NCBI GenBank assembly: GCA_044432745.1
Contig: JAWXUH010000001.1
Span: forward strand, 114,760 to 178,759
Source of the DNA: a bacterium
Lineage (GTDB): Bacteria; Bacillota_I; Bacilli_A; RF39; UBA660
Length of the DNA stretch: 64,000 bases
Reading direction: 5' to 3'
The translations under genes and the position numbers were made by a program. Positions 63,950 to 64,000 of the stretch are shown in pieces. The stretch's first letter is position 1; each line of letters opens with the position of its first letter. Below the pieces are notes generated by a model. It made no database searches and was not told where the DNA came from. It was given only the letters and a program-made list of their open reading frames with translations.

Positions 63950-64000
63950 TGAATGAAAATAGTGAGACAAGAAAAATACCACCAATTAATTATTTAATAT
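63950..64000 (+). CDS. start of an unidentified CDS (truncated by window end)
   Basis: ATG preceded by AAGGTGA, with an open frame to the window edge (MNENSETRKIPPINYLI...). Confidence 0.25.

Overview
This is an AT-rich window (GC well under 30% by eye). It looks like a chromosomal housekeeping segment from a low-GC Gram-positive (Firmicutes-type) spore-former. Evidence for that: the cotJ spore-coat operon, the L27 propeptide/Prp system, CIRCE/HrcA heat-shock control and a YrrMNO-type tRNA-modification cluster. About 60 CDS are present, almost all on the minus strand until ~61.4 kb, then FtsK and a partial gene on the plus strand.

Recognisable blocks, in order:
- an ABC exporter pair, rel, an MBL hydrolase and an Fe-ADH;
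- hisS-gatCAB and greA;
- two tandem paralogous unknown genes, divergent from a stand-alone Hpt-receiver fusion gene;
- ireB-ruvX-DUF1292-mltG-trmR and two peptidase-U32 (TrhP-like) genes;
- typA and an AI-2E transporter;
- the rplU-prp-rpmA-[unknown]-obg cluster;
- unknown ORFs plus a degenerate transketolase-like protein, a cyclophilin, and a Y-family polymerase with a YolD-like partner;
- an SLT-domain protein, rpoC-rpoB, an rRNA-methyltransferase-like gene, der and engB;
- hrcA-grpE-dnaK-pepF-dnaJ;
- a DUF421 protein, tgt-queA, a metallophosphoesterase and an atypical protein-kinase-like protein;
- a P-loop kinase, glyA-folD-ruvB, cotJ(A/B)-cotJC and ftsK.

No rRNA, tRNA, CRISPR array, transposase or integrase was detected by eye. 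The most interesting candidates for undescribed biology are:
- the Hpt-REC fusion with its adjacent tandem paralogs;
- the kinase-like/phosphoesterase pair;
- the pseudo-transketolase;
- an unknown gene sitting in the Spo0B-syntenic slot between rpmA and obg;
- a short Rel homolog with an apparently degenerate synthetase motif.
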